NCBI GenBank assembly: GCA_951406725.2
Contig: OX597835.1
Location: 16,058,001 to 16,122,000, forward strand
From: Octopus vulgaris
Taxonomy: Eukaryota
DNA: 64,000 bases
Direction of reading: 5' to 3'
Shown here: in pieces, positions 1 to 12,227 of the stretch
Numbering within the stretch: the stretch's first letter is position 1
Layout: the number at the start of each line of letters is the position of its first letter
Made by a program: the position numbers and the translations under genes
Notes under the pieces: generated by a model
Told to the model about the DNA's origin: nothing
The model's database searches: none
The model's input: only the letters and a program-made list of their open reading frames with translations

Positions 1-4
1 ACAA

Positions 5-35
<31 letters not shown>

Positions 36-208
36 CATATATACGACAGGATTCTTTCAGTTTCTGTCTACCATATCCACTCACAAGGCATTGGTCGGCC
101 CGGGACTATAGCAGAAGACACTTGCCCAAGATGCCCCGCAGTGGGATTGAACCCGGAACCATGTGGTTGGTAAGCAAGCTACTTACCACACAGCCACTCC
201 TGCGCCTA
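1..208 (-). mobile_element. tRNA-derived SINE family A, 5' part
   Basis: Reverse complement reads GGCGCAGGAGTGGCTGTGTGGTAAG (A box)...GGTTCAATCCC (B box), then the internal microsatellite. Confidence 0.85.
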
Positions 209-941
209 TGTTGTTAAGTCCATTCTTTACCTGGGAAGAACTGTGCATTCACAAATAGCTGTCTATCCCATTTCGTAGTTAGAATGTAGCCAATCTGGCT
301 TGTGGGTCACCAGATTCATAGTTTATCAAATAGCTGGTAGGTTTCCCGGAGTTCTGAAGTGAGGGTTGACAAAAACAGGGTGGCATTGAGAATAAGAATG
401 TCATCCAAAATGTTTATTCTCAATTTTATGAAAATAATCTTAACCTGAACCTATGAAAACTTATCTCTGAAAAGTTTAATTTGAAGAAACAATTATTCAG
501 AAATGAGGAATCAGTCTGGTGTGGGGCGCTAAACTATACATATGCCTCGTGTTTTTCCTTTGTGATCTCTTCTATTTTATATTTGGGGTCATTGTTTGTG
601 TAAATATTTGACAAATTTAGAATATTTCTGAGTATAAAGAATTAATAACTTATATTATTGTATAACATTTAATGTGTGAAGCATTTAAAAGACATTAAGC
701 AATACAGAGAGTGTAATTACAGGATGTGATATTCAAGAAAGAATGTGTAGGGTTATCAGGAGGAGGAGATTCGGTATACAGCTCCTTACATCATGGAAAA
801 CAAACTGCATGAGTGGTCAAGAAAGGAGTGGAAGGTGAATATTGCAAAAACAGAAGGAAAAAGTCTAGAAATTTTGGAAATATAGAAGTCACAATTTCCA
901 TTGCATAAAACAGGAATATTAAATAACTGGCAAACAAGAAA

Positions 942-2180
942 CTACCCTTTTCCTTTCTTCCCTGTGTGAATATATTTGTGTCTTGTTAAATTACTATTAT
1001 CAGAGAATGATTTACCACAGATATCACAGTGATAAGGTGTCTCTCCTGTGAGAATATATTTGTGTCTAGATAAGAGACCGCTGCCAGAGAATGATTTACC
1101 ACAGATATCACAGTGATAAGGTGTCTCTCCTGTGTGAATATATTTGTGTCTAGATAAGTGACCACTGCCAGAGAATGATTTACCACAGGTATCACAATAA
1201 TACAGTTTCTCGCCTGTATGAATACATTTGTGTATAGTTAAGAGATTATTTTGAGAGAATGATTTACTACAGATATCACAGTGATATGGCTTCTCTCCTG
1301 TTTGAATATGTATGTGAGTAGTTATGCTAGAATTTTGAGAGAATGATTTACCACAGACATCACAATATGGTTTCTCTCCCGTATGAATACATTTGTGTCT
1401 AGTTAAGTCACTATTTTGCGAGAATGATTTACCACAGATATCACAATGATATGGCTTCTCTTCTGTATGACTACATATGTGTGCAGTTAACCTATAATTT
1501 TGAGAGAATGATTTAGCACAGATATCACAATGATATGGCTTCTCTCCTGTATGAATATGTATGTGTTCTGTTAAAGCATAATTTTCAGAGAATGGTTTAC
1601 CACAGATATGACAATGATATGGCTTCTCTCCCGTATGAATACGTTTGTTTTGTTAAGTCACTATTTTGAAAGATGCTCTACCACAAATATCACAAGGATA
1701 TGGCCTTTCAGCTGTATGAATATGTATGTGTTTTGTTAAGGTAGTACTTTCAGAGAATGATCTACCACAGATATCACAATGATACGGGTTCTCTCCTGTA
1801 TGACTATATATGTGTGCAGTTAACCTATAATTTTGAGAGAATGATTTAGCACAGATATCACAATGATATATAGCTTCTCTCCTGTATGAATATGTATGTG
1901 TTCTGTTAAAGCATAATTTTCAGAGAATGGTATACCACAGATATCACAATGATATGGGTTCTCTCCTGTATGACTACATATGTGTGCAGTTAACCTATAA
2001 TTTTGAGAGAATGATTTAGCACAGATATCACAATGATATGGGTTCTCTCCTGTATGAATATGTATGTGTTCTGTTAAAGCATAATTTTCAGAGAATGGTT
2101 TACCACAGATATGACAACGATACGGTTTCTCTTCTCAATGGTTATGTTTGTGCATAATTAAGTTACTTTTTCAAGAGAAG
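942..2180 (-). pseudogene. C2H2 zinc-finger array (14 fingers plus 1 degenerate), disrupted
   Basis: 84-bp repeats translating as YHCDICGKSFS..L..H..IHTGEKP. 2-nt insertion near 1870, deletions with an in-frame TAA near 1645-1675, TGA codons upstream of finger 1, terminal TAG at 944-942. Confidence 0.9.
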
Positions 2181-2369
2181 GACTGTCATATGATCGCATC
2201 TCTTTTATCAGTTGTGGGGAAATAAATTCTATAATTTTCTCACTCTTTTTCTTTTACTACATTTCTTCTCAAATTAGTACATTTTTTTGCTTTTGTTTTT
2301 ATATGTTATTCCTTCTACTGCTGTATTTCTGTCCAGTGTTAACCTTTGTTTAGCAACACTCCCGCAAAT

Positions 2370-2838
2370 TTATGCAACTTTAATCAGCACACAAACTTCT
2401 CTACGAGAAGTTATGTGTCGATCTTCCAAAATGGCAGCCTCAACTTGACAGACAGATGCCTCATCAATGGCAGAAGGGGTGCGACCAGATCTGGGAGCTG
2501 TTTCCACAGAGTTCCGACCATGTTTGAATTCACAATGCCAGCGTTTTACAAGGTCATATGGTGGGGCATCATCACCATAAGTTACTTTCATTTCATCAAA
2601 AGTCTCCCGTGGTGTGCATCATTTCAAATACAAACACCGGATCACTGCTCGACACTCAACATGCTCCATTTCCCACTTGACTCATTTCAAACACCTGTAA
2701 ATCAGAAACCACAATTAGTTCGGAGCTGTAATTTGCCACCTAATCTATAGAGATATCAATAATTGCACATGCAAAATTTCAGCTAGATCAAACAAAGGCA
2801 AGTGGGTCAGAGGCATTACTTATTGAACGCCCCTCGTA
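2370..2838 (-). mobile_element. Mariner 5' fragment (TIR plus HTH region)
   Basis: Begins TA-CGAGGGGCGTTCAATAAGT; translation VKRWHCEFKHGRNSVETAPRSGRT typical of mariner N-terminus; truncated. Confidence 0.85.
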
Positions 2839-3241
2839 CTTGACACTCCAGCTAGTAATGTTCAGAAATTTTGCTAATATTATTATTTCAGAGCAAAAAT
2901 TTCACAAGAATTCTTCCACGGATTGTAGAAACAATGCTATACATCTGTTTTGTAGAATATTTTCCTTTAGTCTTTAAAACATGGTAGATATTGAGGATGC
3001 TTCTTCTGTCATTTGGTGTTCTGAAATTATAGAGAAACAACAGTGTAAAATATAGAGGCTACTTAAAAAATACAGATTCATTTCTATTGAGACAAACTAT
3101 AGAAGCAAACATTTATCGTAACAAACTGAGCTGGATGCCAACAGTTCCATAAAGAACTGCTGATCTCTCAAAGTAGATGGGAAAAGTAAAAGAAGACAAG
3201 GAAGAAGTGCTGATGAGCTAACTCAGGATGCGGAACCAGGC

Positions 3242-3968
3242 ATCTTGGAGTTTACTGTATCACCTGAAATGTGAATCTTGGAGTTTACTGTATCACCGGA
3301 AATGTGAATCTTGGAGTTTACTGTATCACCTGAAATGTGAATCTTGGAGTTTACTGTATCACCTCAAATGTGAATCATGGAGTTTACTGTATCACCTGAG
3401 ATGTGAATCTTGGAGTTTACTGTATCACCTGAAATGTGAATCTTGGAGTTTACTGTATCACCTCAAATGTGAATCTTGGAGTTTACTGTATCACCTCAAA
3501 TGTGAATCTTGGAGTTTACTGTATCACCTGAAATGTGAATCTTGGAGTTTACTGTATCACCTGAGATGTGAATCTTGGAATTTACTGTATCACCTGAAAT
3601 GTGAATCTTGGAGTTTACTGTATCACCTGAAATGTGATTCTTGGAGTTTACTGTATCACCTGAAATGTGATTCTTGGAGCTTACTGTATCACCTGAGATG
3701 TGAATCTTGGAATTTACTGTATCACCTGAAATGTGAATCTTGGAGTTTACTGTATCACCTGAAATGTGATTCTTGGAGTTTACTGTATCACCTGAAATGT
3801 GAATCTTGGAGTTTACTGTATTACCTGAGATGTGAATCTTGGAATTTACTGTATCACCTGAAATGTGAATCTTGGAGTTTACTGTATCACCTGAAATGTG
3901 ATTCTTGGAGTTTACTGTATCACCTGAAATGTGAATCTTGGAGTTTATTGTATCACCTGAAATGTGAT
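3242..3968. repeat. 33-bp minisatellite, about 22 copies
   Basis: Unit GAATCTTGGAGTTTACTGTATCACCTGAAATGT; explains the ESWSLLYHLKC ORF. Confidence 0.97.
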
Positions 3969-4607
3969 AGGGTAAACATTGAGATGCTTGGCATCCCGTT
4001 GTACTTAAGAAGACGCATACTCAACAGTAGAAGTATTCTGACTCATCCCTCTGGTGGCCAAAAGCACTTGTGACCCTTCTTCAGAAAAGGGGATGTGCAG
4101 TGCCATGTTAAAGCACATATGGAACCAAAATTGTCCGAAAAATGCCAACCGAGAATCCTTAAGACTGACGTTAGTTTCGTCAGTCTCCGTTGCAATCATC
4201 AGTTAAGCCAGTTCGGTGTTCAGCTATTTCCTGACCAGTTTCTTCATTAATGGCTGATTTAGCGATTCGCTAATGTGTATACACAAAATTAATGCAAACA
4301 GCAGGTTGCAATGTTTCCCGAAAAAGGAGAATTAAAATTGTTACTAAATGTGACTTGGGTGTTAAAAAATACCTACCTTGCTAGAAATAAGAGCTGCTGT
4401 TGACAGCTGATGGATGGCAGTGGAAATTACCGAAACTGACATCAGCATTTTATAGACAATTATGGTCCCTGTGAGTGTATGTTTTCATTCAAGTGTGTTA
4501 ACTACAGCATTAGTGCATTTTAGGTCTTATTTCTTGCAATTTAGGAGTTTTTTTTATACTCTAGTCAAATTTAGTGGTGTGTATATATATATATATTTTT
4601 TTTTTTA

Positions 4608-4816
4608 CTTTTTTTACTTGTTTCAGTCATTTGACTGTGGCCATGCTGGAGCACCGCCTTTAGTCGAGCAAATCGACCCCGGGACTTATTCTTTGTAAGC
4701 CCAGTACTTATTCTATCGGTCACTTTTGCCGAACCGATAAGTGACGGGGACGTAAACACACCAGCATTGGTTGTCAAGCGTCAAGCAATGCTAGGGGGAA
4801 AAACACAGACACACAA

Positions 4817-4877
<61 letters not shown>

Positions 4878-5034
4878 TATGACAGGCTTCTTTCAGTTTC
4901 CGTCTACCAAATCCACTCACAAGGCATTGGTCGGCCCGGGGCTATAGCAGAAGACACTTGCCCAAGATGCCACGCAGTGGGACTGAACACAGAACCATGT
5001 GGTTGGTTAGCAAGCCACTTACCACACAGCCACT
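4608..5034 (-). mobile_element. SINE family A, near full length
   Basis: Same head, internal (TA)n/(TG)n and tail GGCGGTGCTCCAGCATGGCC..GACTGAAACAAGTAAAA as copies at 21.2k and 62.7k. Confidence 0.88.
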
Positions 5035-5249
5035 CCATATATATATATATATATGTGTGTGCATGTGTGTGTGTGAGTCGGCGTGTGTTTGTATTTGTCC
5101 CCCTCCTAGCATTGCTTGACAACCGATGCTAGTGTGTTGACGTCCTCGTAACTTAGCAATTCAGCCAAAAAGATCGATAGAATATGATCTCAAAGCTGTG
5201 CCCAGCTTGGCCACAGTCTAATGACTGAAACAGTAAAAGATAAAAGATA

Positions 5250-5535
5250 TGAAGGTGCGTGACCTAGTGATTACAGCAGGGCAGTGCACTTGCGATCGAA
5301 AGATCATGGGTTCAATTCCCGAGCCGGGTGGCACGTTGTGTTCTCGTGCAAAAACACTTCATTTCACATTGGTCCAGTCCACTTAGCTGTAAATGGGTGG
5401 CCACGTGACGGAGTACCTCTCCAATCAGGGGAAATGCTGTCTAGCCAGCAGGGCAGTATAATTTCAAAGGTAAAACGATGCAAAGCACATTGTGACTAGC
5501 GATGTGCAACATCCGATAGTCCGGTCGATCACGTG
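5250..5535 (+). mobile_element. tRNA-derived SINE, diverged
   Basis: A/B-box-like head (GGTTCAATTCC); 3' tail similar to the copy at 33.3k. Confidence 0.6.
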
Positions 5536-6124
5536 GTGTGTGTATGTATGTATTATTAATAATCGGCTGTAGTTAGAGACTCAAGTCGAGAGTTTTTGGT
5601 AGTGCTAACATACAAAATTCTCAGCACTTGACAAAAAGAAAAAGACTAGTTTCAAGGTGGTGCTCCAGCATGGCTGCAGTCTAATGACCGAAACGTTTTG
5701 AGTCCTATTTTTTGTTTGCACCATCAAACCACAGTCGTTTTGGCAACATTTATAGCCCCCACCCACCATGAGCAGATGAAGGCATTGGGTCCTAAAGTAT
5801 TTATTTACCGACAGTAAGTCAGAGGAAACATAGATCAGAATTCGGCCCCTTAGATTTGTGGGGCTTCTGGGTAATGCTCCCTGTGACCCTGCCCTAAAAC
5901 GGTTCCGCACCAAATACACACACGTATTCCTTCACTTGTTTCAGCTGTTTGACTGCGGCCATGATGGAGCACTGCCTTGAAGTGTTTAAGTCGAACAAAT
6001 CAACCCCAGGACTTATTCTTTGTAAGCCTAGTACTTATTCTGTCGGTCCCTTTTGCTGAAACACTAGCTTAAGGTGATGTAAACACACCAACACCAGTTG
6101 TCAGGTGGTGATGGGTGGGGACAC

Positions 6125-6296
6125 ACACATACATACATATATATATACATATGCATATATATATATATATATACATATGCATATATATATATATACATAC
6201 ATAATATATATATATATATATATATATACATATGCATATATATATGCATATATATATATATATATATATGCATATATATATATATATATATACATA

Positions 6297-6384
<88 letters not shown>

Positions 6385-6455
6385 TATATATATATATATG
6401 CATATATACATATATATACATATATATGCATATATATATATATATGCATATATAC

Positions 6456-6528
<73 letters not shown>

Positions 6529-6552
6529 CATATGCATATATATATATATATA
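6125..6552. repeat. (TA)n/ATATGC compound microsatellite
   Basis: Direct reading. Confidence 0.95.
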
Positions 6553-6741
6553 AGAAGTTGAATGAATTATCCTAGTATGGATAATTTGGTTAACCGATAC
6601 CTGGGTAGCAAATTCACGTCCGAAAAACACGGTTGAAGCTACATGCCAAGGGCAGAGATCACGTGCTTTCGTGTGGAAATTTGCGTGTTTTTCAATACAA
6701 ATAAATGAAAGAATGGAGTTGAACGACGATTTAACAAAATT

Positions 6742-6836
6742 CCTTTATTCTCGACATATGTTTCGAAGGCTGCATATTCCTAATTTCGAAGGAATAAGGG
6801 GTGCATTATGCTGCCTTCTCATCAGGAGAGACAAGG
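6742..6836 (-). ncRNA. Type I hammerhead ribozyme motif (Penelope-type)
   Basis: tctc-CTGATGA-gaaggc...gccttc-GAAAC-ATAT-GTC-gaga: full core, stems I and II, palindromic stem III, GUC triplet. Confidence 0.82.
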
Positions 6837-7173
6837 AACTTATGTCAGCATGAAGATGAACAAAAACTCTTAGATGACTGCCCACTCAGAGTCCATAGCG
6901 ATAATGAGTGTTTATTTAAAATATTCCGTTATAAGCAGTGACGTCAAAAATGGTTGAATGTAGAAGATTCTAGAAAGTTCATGAGTTCAAACCAGGTTGG
7001 TAGGGGAGAGATCTAAGAATAGGAAGGTGACAGGGAGCAGGTCATATGAATGGTGATGTGTTGTTGTTTGCTTTTGTTAATGAGATTGAGTGCCTATGTG
7101 TGTGTATGTATATAACTGCATTCGTGTCTATGTGTGTGTATGTGTGTGCGTGATTGTGTGGGTGGTTGGGTAG

Positions 7174-7870
7174 ATGTCAAAAACAACTGGGGGTGATGTG
7201 ACAGCTGGATGGATTCTCCGAACTTTCAGAACAAGAGAGAAGGAGACACTGATGGTCCTATGGAAAATATTCGTCCTCAGCTGCTTGGACTACTGCTCCC
7301 AACTGTGGTTACCACACAATATAAAACTGACAGCAGAACTCGAAGCAATTCAGAGAAGCTACACAAAGAAAATCGTCTCAATGCAAAATATCAGCTACTG
7401 GGAAAGACTGAAGGTATTAAACCTCTTCTCTTCAAGTGTGGTGATATACATCTGGAAAATCCTGGAGGGTCTTGTCCCATACTTTGGCATTCAAAGTTAC
7501 CCCAACCGCAGAACGGGGCGCCACTGCATGGTGCCAAAGATTCCAACATCACCATCAAAATACAGGTCCAGATACTGCAACAGCTTGGGTTTCAGAGGAC
7601 CACAGCTCTTTAACATCCTCCCTAAATGCCTGAGAGACTTACATGGTGTGGATTGGATTTCTTTAAAACTAAACTGGATCTCTTCTTGTTGGGAGTCCCA
7701 GATGAACCTACCTCACGACAGGAGATGCAGATGCAGGCAGCAGCATCGAACTCCCTTGTTGATCAAATGCCACGTATCAGAGGTGGATTCACATATTAGT
7801 GTAGCTCATTCAGCGGTAGTGCCCCAGCATGGCCGCGGCCTTCGGGCTAAAGCATTTTTACGGATTTAAG
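7174..7870 (+). mobile_element. CR1/L2-like LINE 3' fragment (ORF2 C-terminus plus tail)
   Basis: LDYCSQLW..LEAIQRSYTKKI..YWERLKVLNL..IYIWKILEGLVP; 5' truncated; ends in a stem-loop tail. Confidence 0.85.
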
Positions 7871-7871
7871 G

Positions 7872-8327
7872 ATATATATATACATATGCATACATATATA
7901 CACATATGCATATACATATGCATATATATATATATATATACATATGCATATACATATACATATGCATATATATATATATATACACATATGCATATACATA
8001 TGCATATATATATAGGATATATATATACATATGCATACACATATATATATACATATACATATGCATATATATATATACATATATATACACACATATGCAT
8101 ATATATATATATATACATATACATATGCATATATATATATATATATATACACACATATGCATATATATATATATATACACACACATATGCATATATATAT
8201 ATATATATACACACATATGCATATATATATATACACACACACATATGCATATATATATATACACACACACATATGCATATATATACACACACACATATGC
8301 ATATATATATACACACACATATGCATA

Positions 8328-8361
<34 letters not shown>

Positions 8362-8511
8362 CACACACATATATGCATATATATATATACACACACACAC
8401 ATGCATATATATATATATATGCATATATATATATATATGCATATATATATATATATGCATATATATATATATATGCATATATATATATATATGCATATAT
8501 ATATATATATA

Positions 8512-8585
<74 letters not shown>
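7872..8585. repeat. Compound (TA)n/CATATG/(CA)n microsatellite
   Basis: Direct reading. Confidence 0.95.
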
Positions 8586-8588
<3 letters not shown>

Positions 8589-9286
8589 GCCATGATAGAT
8601 CGTTAGCCACTACACACATTTGTTTCTCTCCTTGTTTTTTCTGTGTCCCTTTTTGTACGCTCGAAACGTAAAAGACTTTTTCTATTCCTGAGCGTTATAC
8701 TAATACATCTTTTTGTTTTGTACACCACCTGTCTGTTGTTTTTTTCGTAAACTCTCCCTCTCTCTATATATATATAGAAGGGGCTTTTTTCAGTCTATGA
8801 AATCCGTCTATGAAATCCACTCACAAGGCTGTAGTAGACCGTTGCACAAGGTGCCATGCAGTGAGACTGAACCAGGAACCATGTGGTTGTATATAATATA
8901 ATGTTTTTGTAATTTCTCCCCAACAACTGTTATAAGTTAGAAGGATGTAACTTAGCAGTCCGATAATAGACCAATTGAATAAAAAGCAGATTTTATTAAC
9001 AAAATAACTACTCGGGTTAATTTGTCAGGGTAAAAAAGTCCTCAAGGCGTTGCCCCAGCATGGCCGCATCAAAAACTGAAGCACGTAAAAAAGGTAAGTC
9101 GTGGCGAGTTGAATTTAAATCAATGACATAACGTTAGTCGCCTTTCTATTTATAACTATGGCGTAACAAGACAGCTTCTACATGGTCACTGAGCATGCTA
9201 GAAATAGCAGCCAAATCTTACTCAAATCACAGCGGGCCGTCTGAGAAAACAAACATTCGCTAATTAGGTCAGTGTTTAACTATTAT

Positions 9287-9638
9287 TGGGTTACGACGAC
9301 GAGGGTTCCGGTTGATCCGAATCAACGGAACAGCCTGCTCGTGAAATTAACGTGTAAGTGGCTGAGCACTCCACAGACACGTGTACCCTTAACGTAGTGC
9401 TCGGGGATATTCAGCGTGACACAGAGAGAGTGACAAGGCCGGCCCTTTGAAATACAGGTACAACAGAAACAGGAAGAGTGAGAGAAAGTTGTGGTGAAAG
9501 AGTACAGCAGGGATCACCACCATCCCCTGCCGGAGCCTCGTGGAGCTTTAGGTGTTTTCGCTCAATAAACACTCACAACGCCCGGTCTGGGAATCGAAAC
9601 CGCGAGTCCGCTGCCCTAACCACTAGGCCATTGCGCCT
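9287..9638 (-). mobile_element. tRNA-derived SINE family C
   Basis: Reverse complement GGCGCAATGGCCTAGTGGTTAGGGCAGCGGACTCGCGG..TTCGATTCCC; head shared with 33298-33600. Confidence 0.85.
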
Positions 9639-10610
9639 ATTGGGAAATAGCAAACAGTGGTCATAGCTGGAATGCCTTTGAGCATAGATAAATCTGCTCA
9701 TAAAAACTAAGGGAAGTAAATCTTCCACTAAGTGATTAGAGTTATTTCCCTTACTCTTTTACTCTTTTACTTGTTTCAGCCATCCGGCTGAGGCCATGCT
9801 GGGGCACCGCCCTTGTGTAAAAAAAAAAAAAAGCAAGCAAACGTATTAGTGGACAATAACGTCGTTAGTAGATAACGGGTTATTTTTGGGATCGTCACAT
9901 TTTTGATGGCGAGAGTGATAAGGGAGTGCCCATAACGCGCTGCAGAACAAATAGATCGTTTGTGAAGTTACTGATTTTTCGGTTTTCACGGTTTCTTTTC
10001 GTTTTGCACACACAGCTAGATTAAAATAACTTTCTTACAGAAATTACGTTCTTTAGAAGTTTAAAATAGAGAATGTTACCCTCACCAACCGACATTTAAA
10101 AAATAAATTCTTTTTACATATTTATGCAAAACATTTAACTGATAATTTACAAATTACTATTTTAATAAAATTCTTTTATTCACAAATTATTTCAAAAACA
10201 AAACAAATAACTGAGTTTAATAATCATAATAAAAAGACCATTAAAGTGTTCCTGAGTGCATCTCATGCTATTTTATAGAAAATATTTCTAATTTTACTCA
10301 TTGCAATATATGCCACCTTTAGACATTTCAACAACAAACTTGTCTTAATATTTTACTGGAAACTTAACTAACTTTTTTTTTTCTTCTTTATTTTATTTTT
10401 TTTTTTAATTGTTTTTGTTTGGTTTTGTTGTTTTCTCTTCTCAGCAAAATCTTAAAAGGTTGGTTTGATACTTCCAGATCACGACTCCAGAATTTCAGGA
10501 AAAGTTTGAAAAACAGACAAACAGATTTTATTGATAACAGCAGTTTCAATTTGGTATGAAATAAATTTACAATTGTTTTTGTTCATTATCTTTTTTATGC
10601 AGACACAGCC

Positions 10611-10654
<44 letters not shown>

Positions 10655-11155
10655 TAAATATCCCCTCAAACGGTCTCACAAAAACTTACACGCAATCACA
10701 CTAAAGTGGTACTTCCCGGATACTTTATTGAATATTTACCAGAATCTTTCAGTGAACCCACAGTTAAAAAAAAAAAATATTGAGGGAAGATTTTTTTTTC
10801 TTTCCTTAAAAAAAAAAAAAAAAAAAAGAGGGGAGAAAAAGACCCAACGTGGAGACAAAACCCACTCAAATTCTTCATTTTTGAAGCTATCACAACAACA
10901 ATCAACTAATTTTTAAATAATGTCACATCCACTTGAGTTTCAGTTTTTTTTTTTTTTTTTTTTTTTTTGTCAAATCTGAATTAAGGCATTACTTCTGCTG
11001 ATGGAGCCCAAAGTGATGTAAGGGCTTTAAGGCTGTGCCATTGATAGCTTTGAGCAGAAAGATGAGGGAGATGAAGAACAATAATATTTTATTTTTAAAA
11101 ATCTGAAATAAAACAACTGTTAGGGTAAGCCTAGTCTCATTTTATAATAACTTGC

Positions 11156-11195
<40 letters not shown>

Positions 11196-12004
11196 GTTTC
11201 AAATTTTGGCACAAGGCCAGCAAATTTTGGGAAGGGGCTAAGTCAATTGTAGACCCCAGTGCTCCACTGGTACCTAATTCATTGACCCTCAAAGGATCAA
11301 ACTCAGCACGTAAAGACATACGAAATGCTGCTAAAGACACACTAATGTGCTAACGATTCTACCAGCTCACCATCTTAATAATAATGGTTTCAGATTTTGG
11401 CAGACTGCCAACAATTTTAAGGGAAGAGGCAAGCCAACCACAATGTTTAACTGGAACTTTATTTTATCCACTCTGAAAGGATAAAAAGCAAAGTTGACCC
11501 AGGGTGGGATCTTGAATCCTAAATATAGAAACAGAAGGAATGCTGCTGAGCATATCTGCTAGGTTGCAGCCTTTATTTCCAATAATAATAATTCTACGAT
11601 AAGTACAAGCCCAAGACTTTGGAGGGAGAGGGTTAAACAATTACATCAAATCCCAAGTGTTTAATTGGTGCTTGTTTTATCAACCCCTGGAGGAACGAAA
11701 GGCAAAGTTGACCACGGCAGAATTTGAACTCAGAATGTCAAGACCTAAAAGAAATGACACTGAGCATTTTCCTCAGCATACTAACAATTATAACTTGTTG
11801 GACTAGATTAACAGGTCAGATTAAGCCAGAATTTATGCTAGAAAGAGAAGTAAATGGTCAACAATTTAAAGAAGTTTTCAGATTATGAAAACTTACCCAA
11901 GAATCTACACTGGAGGGTTTTGTTCCATTTATTAAATTTTTAACAAAATCAGCAATGGAATTGGGGTGAGGGTGTTTGTGTGTGGGGGGGAAAATCATTA
12001 AGGT

Positions 12005-12227
12005 TTAACCCTTTCGTTACCATATTGCTGTTGAGATGCTCTGTGTTTCTTTCAATTAATTTTAAATATAACAAAGAATTTAGTAAAATAACTTGGTTAT
12101 CATTAAGCTGGTGTTAGGAACATAAATTGTGGCTAAGGTTTGGTGGAAGATTTTAATTCAAAACTTATGAAAGTAAAACATTTGTAGCCAGAGCCAGTTT
12201 CAGCCAGGTTGGTAACGAAAGGGTTAA
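12005..12227. mobile_element. TTAA-flanked MITE (piggyBac-like ends)
   Basis: TTAA-CCCTTTCGTTACCA ... TGGTAACGAAAGGG-TTAA; further copies at 28.3k, 52.5-53.2k and 58.8k. Confidence 0.85.

Noticed and set aside
942-2180. Rescue of the ZNF pseudogene by A-to-I editing
   Set aside because: Editing can recode stops but cannot repair the frameshifts.
3205-3245. CTGATGA..GGAAC as a hammerhead
   Set aside because: GAAA is absent and there is no stem I or NUH triplet.
3228-4073. 281-aa ORF and CRISPR-like periodicity
   Set aside because: Head-to-tail 33-bp repeats with no unique spacers and no cas genes in eukaryotic DNA; the ORF is a by-product of the unit length.
6064-8671. Many YIYI/HTHT ORFs (also at 15k, 19k, 24k, 37k, 60k, 63k)
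   Set aside because: Translations of dinucleotide microsatellites.
9560-9640. tRNA gene
   Set aside because: A/B boxes continue into a SINE body; no complete cloverleaf. The same applies to the other SINE heads.
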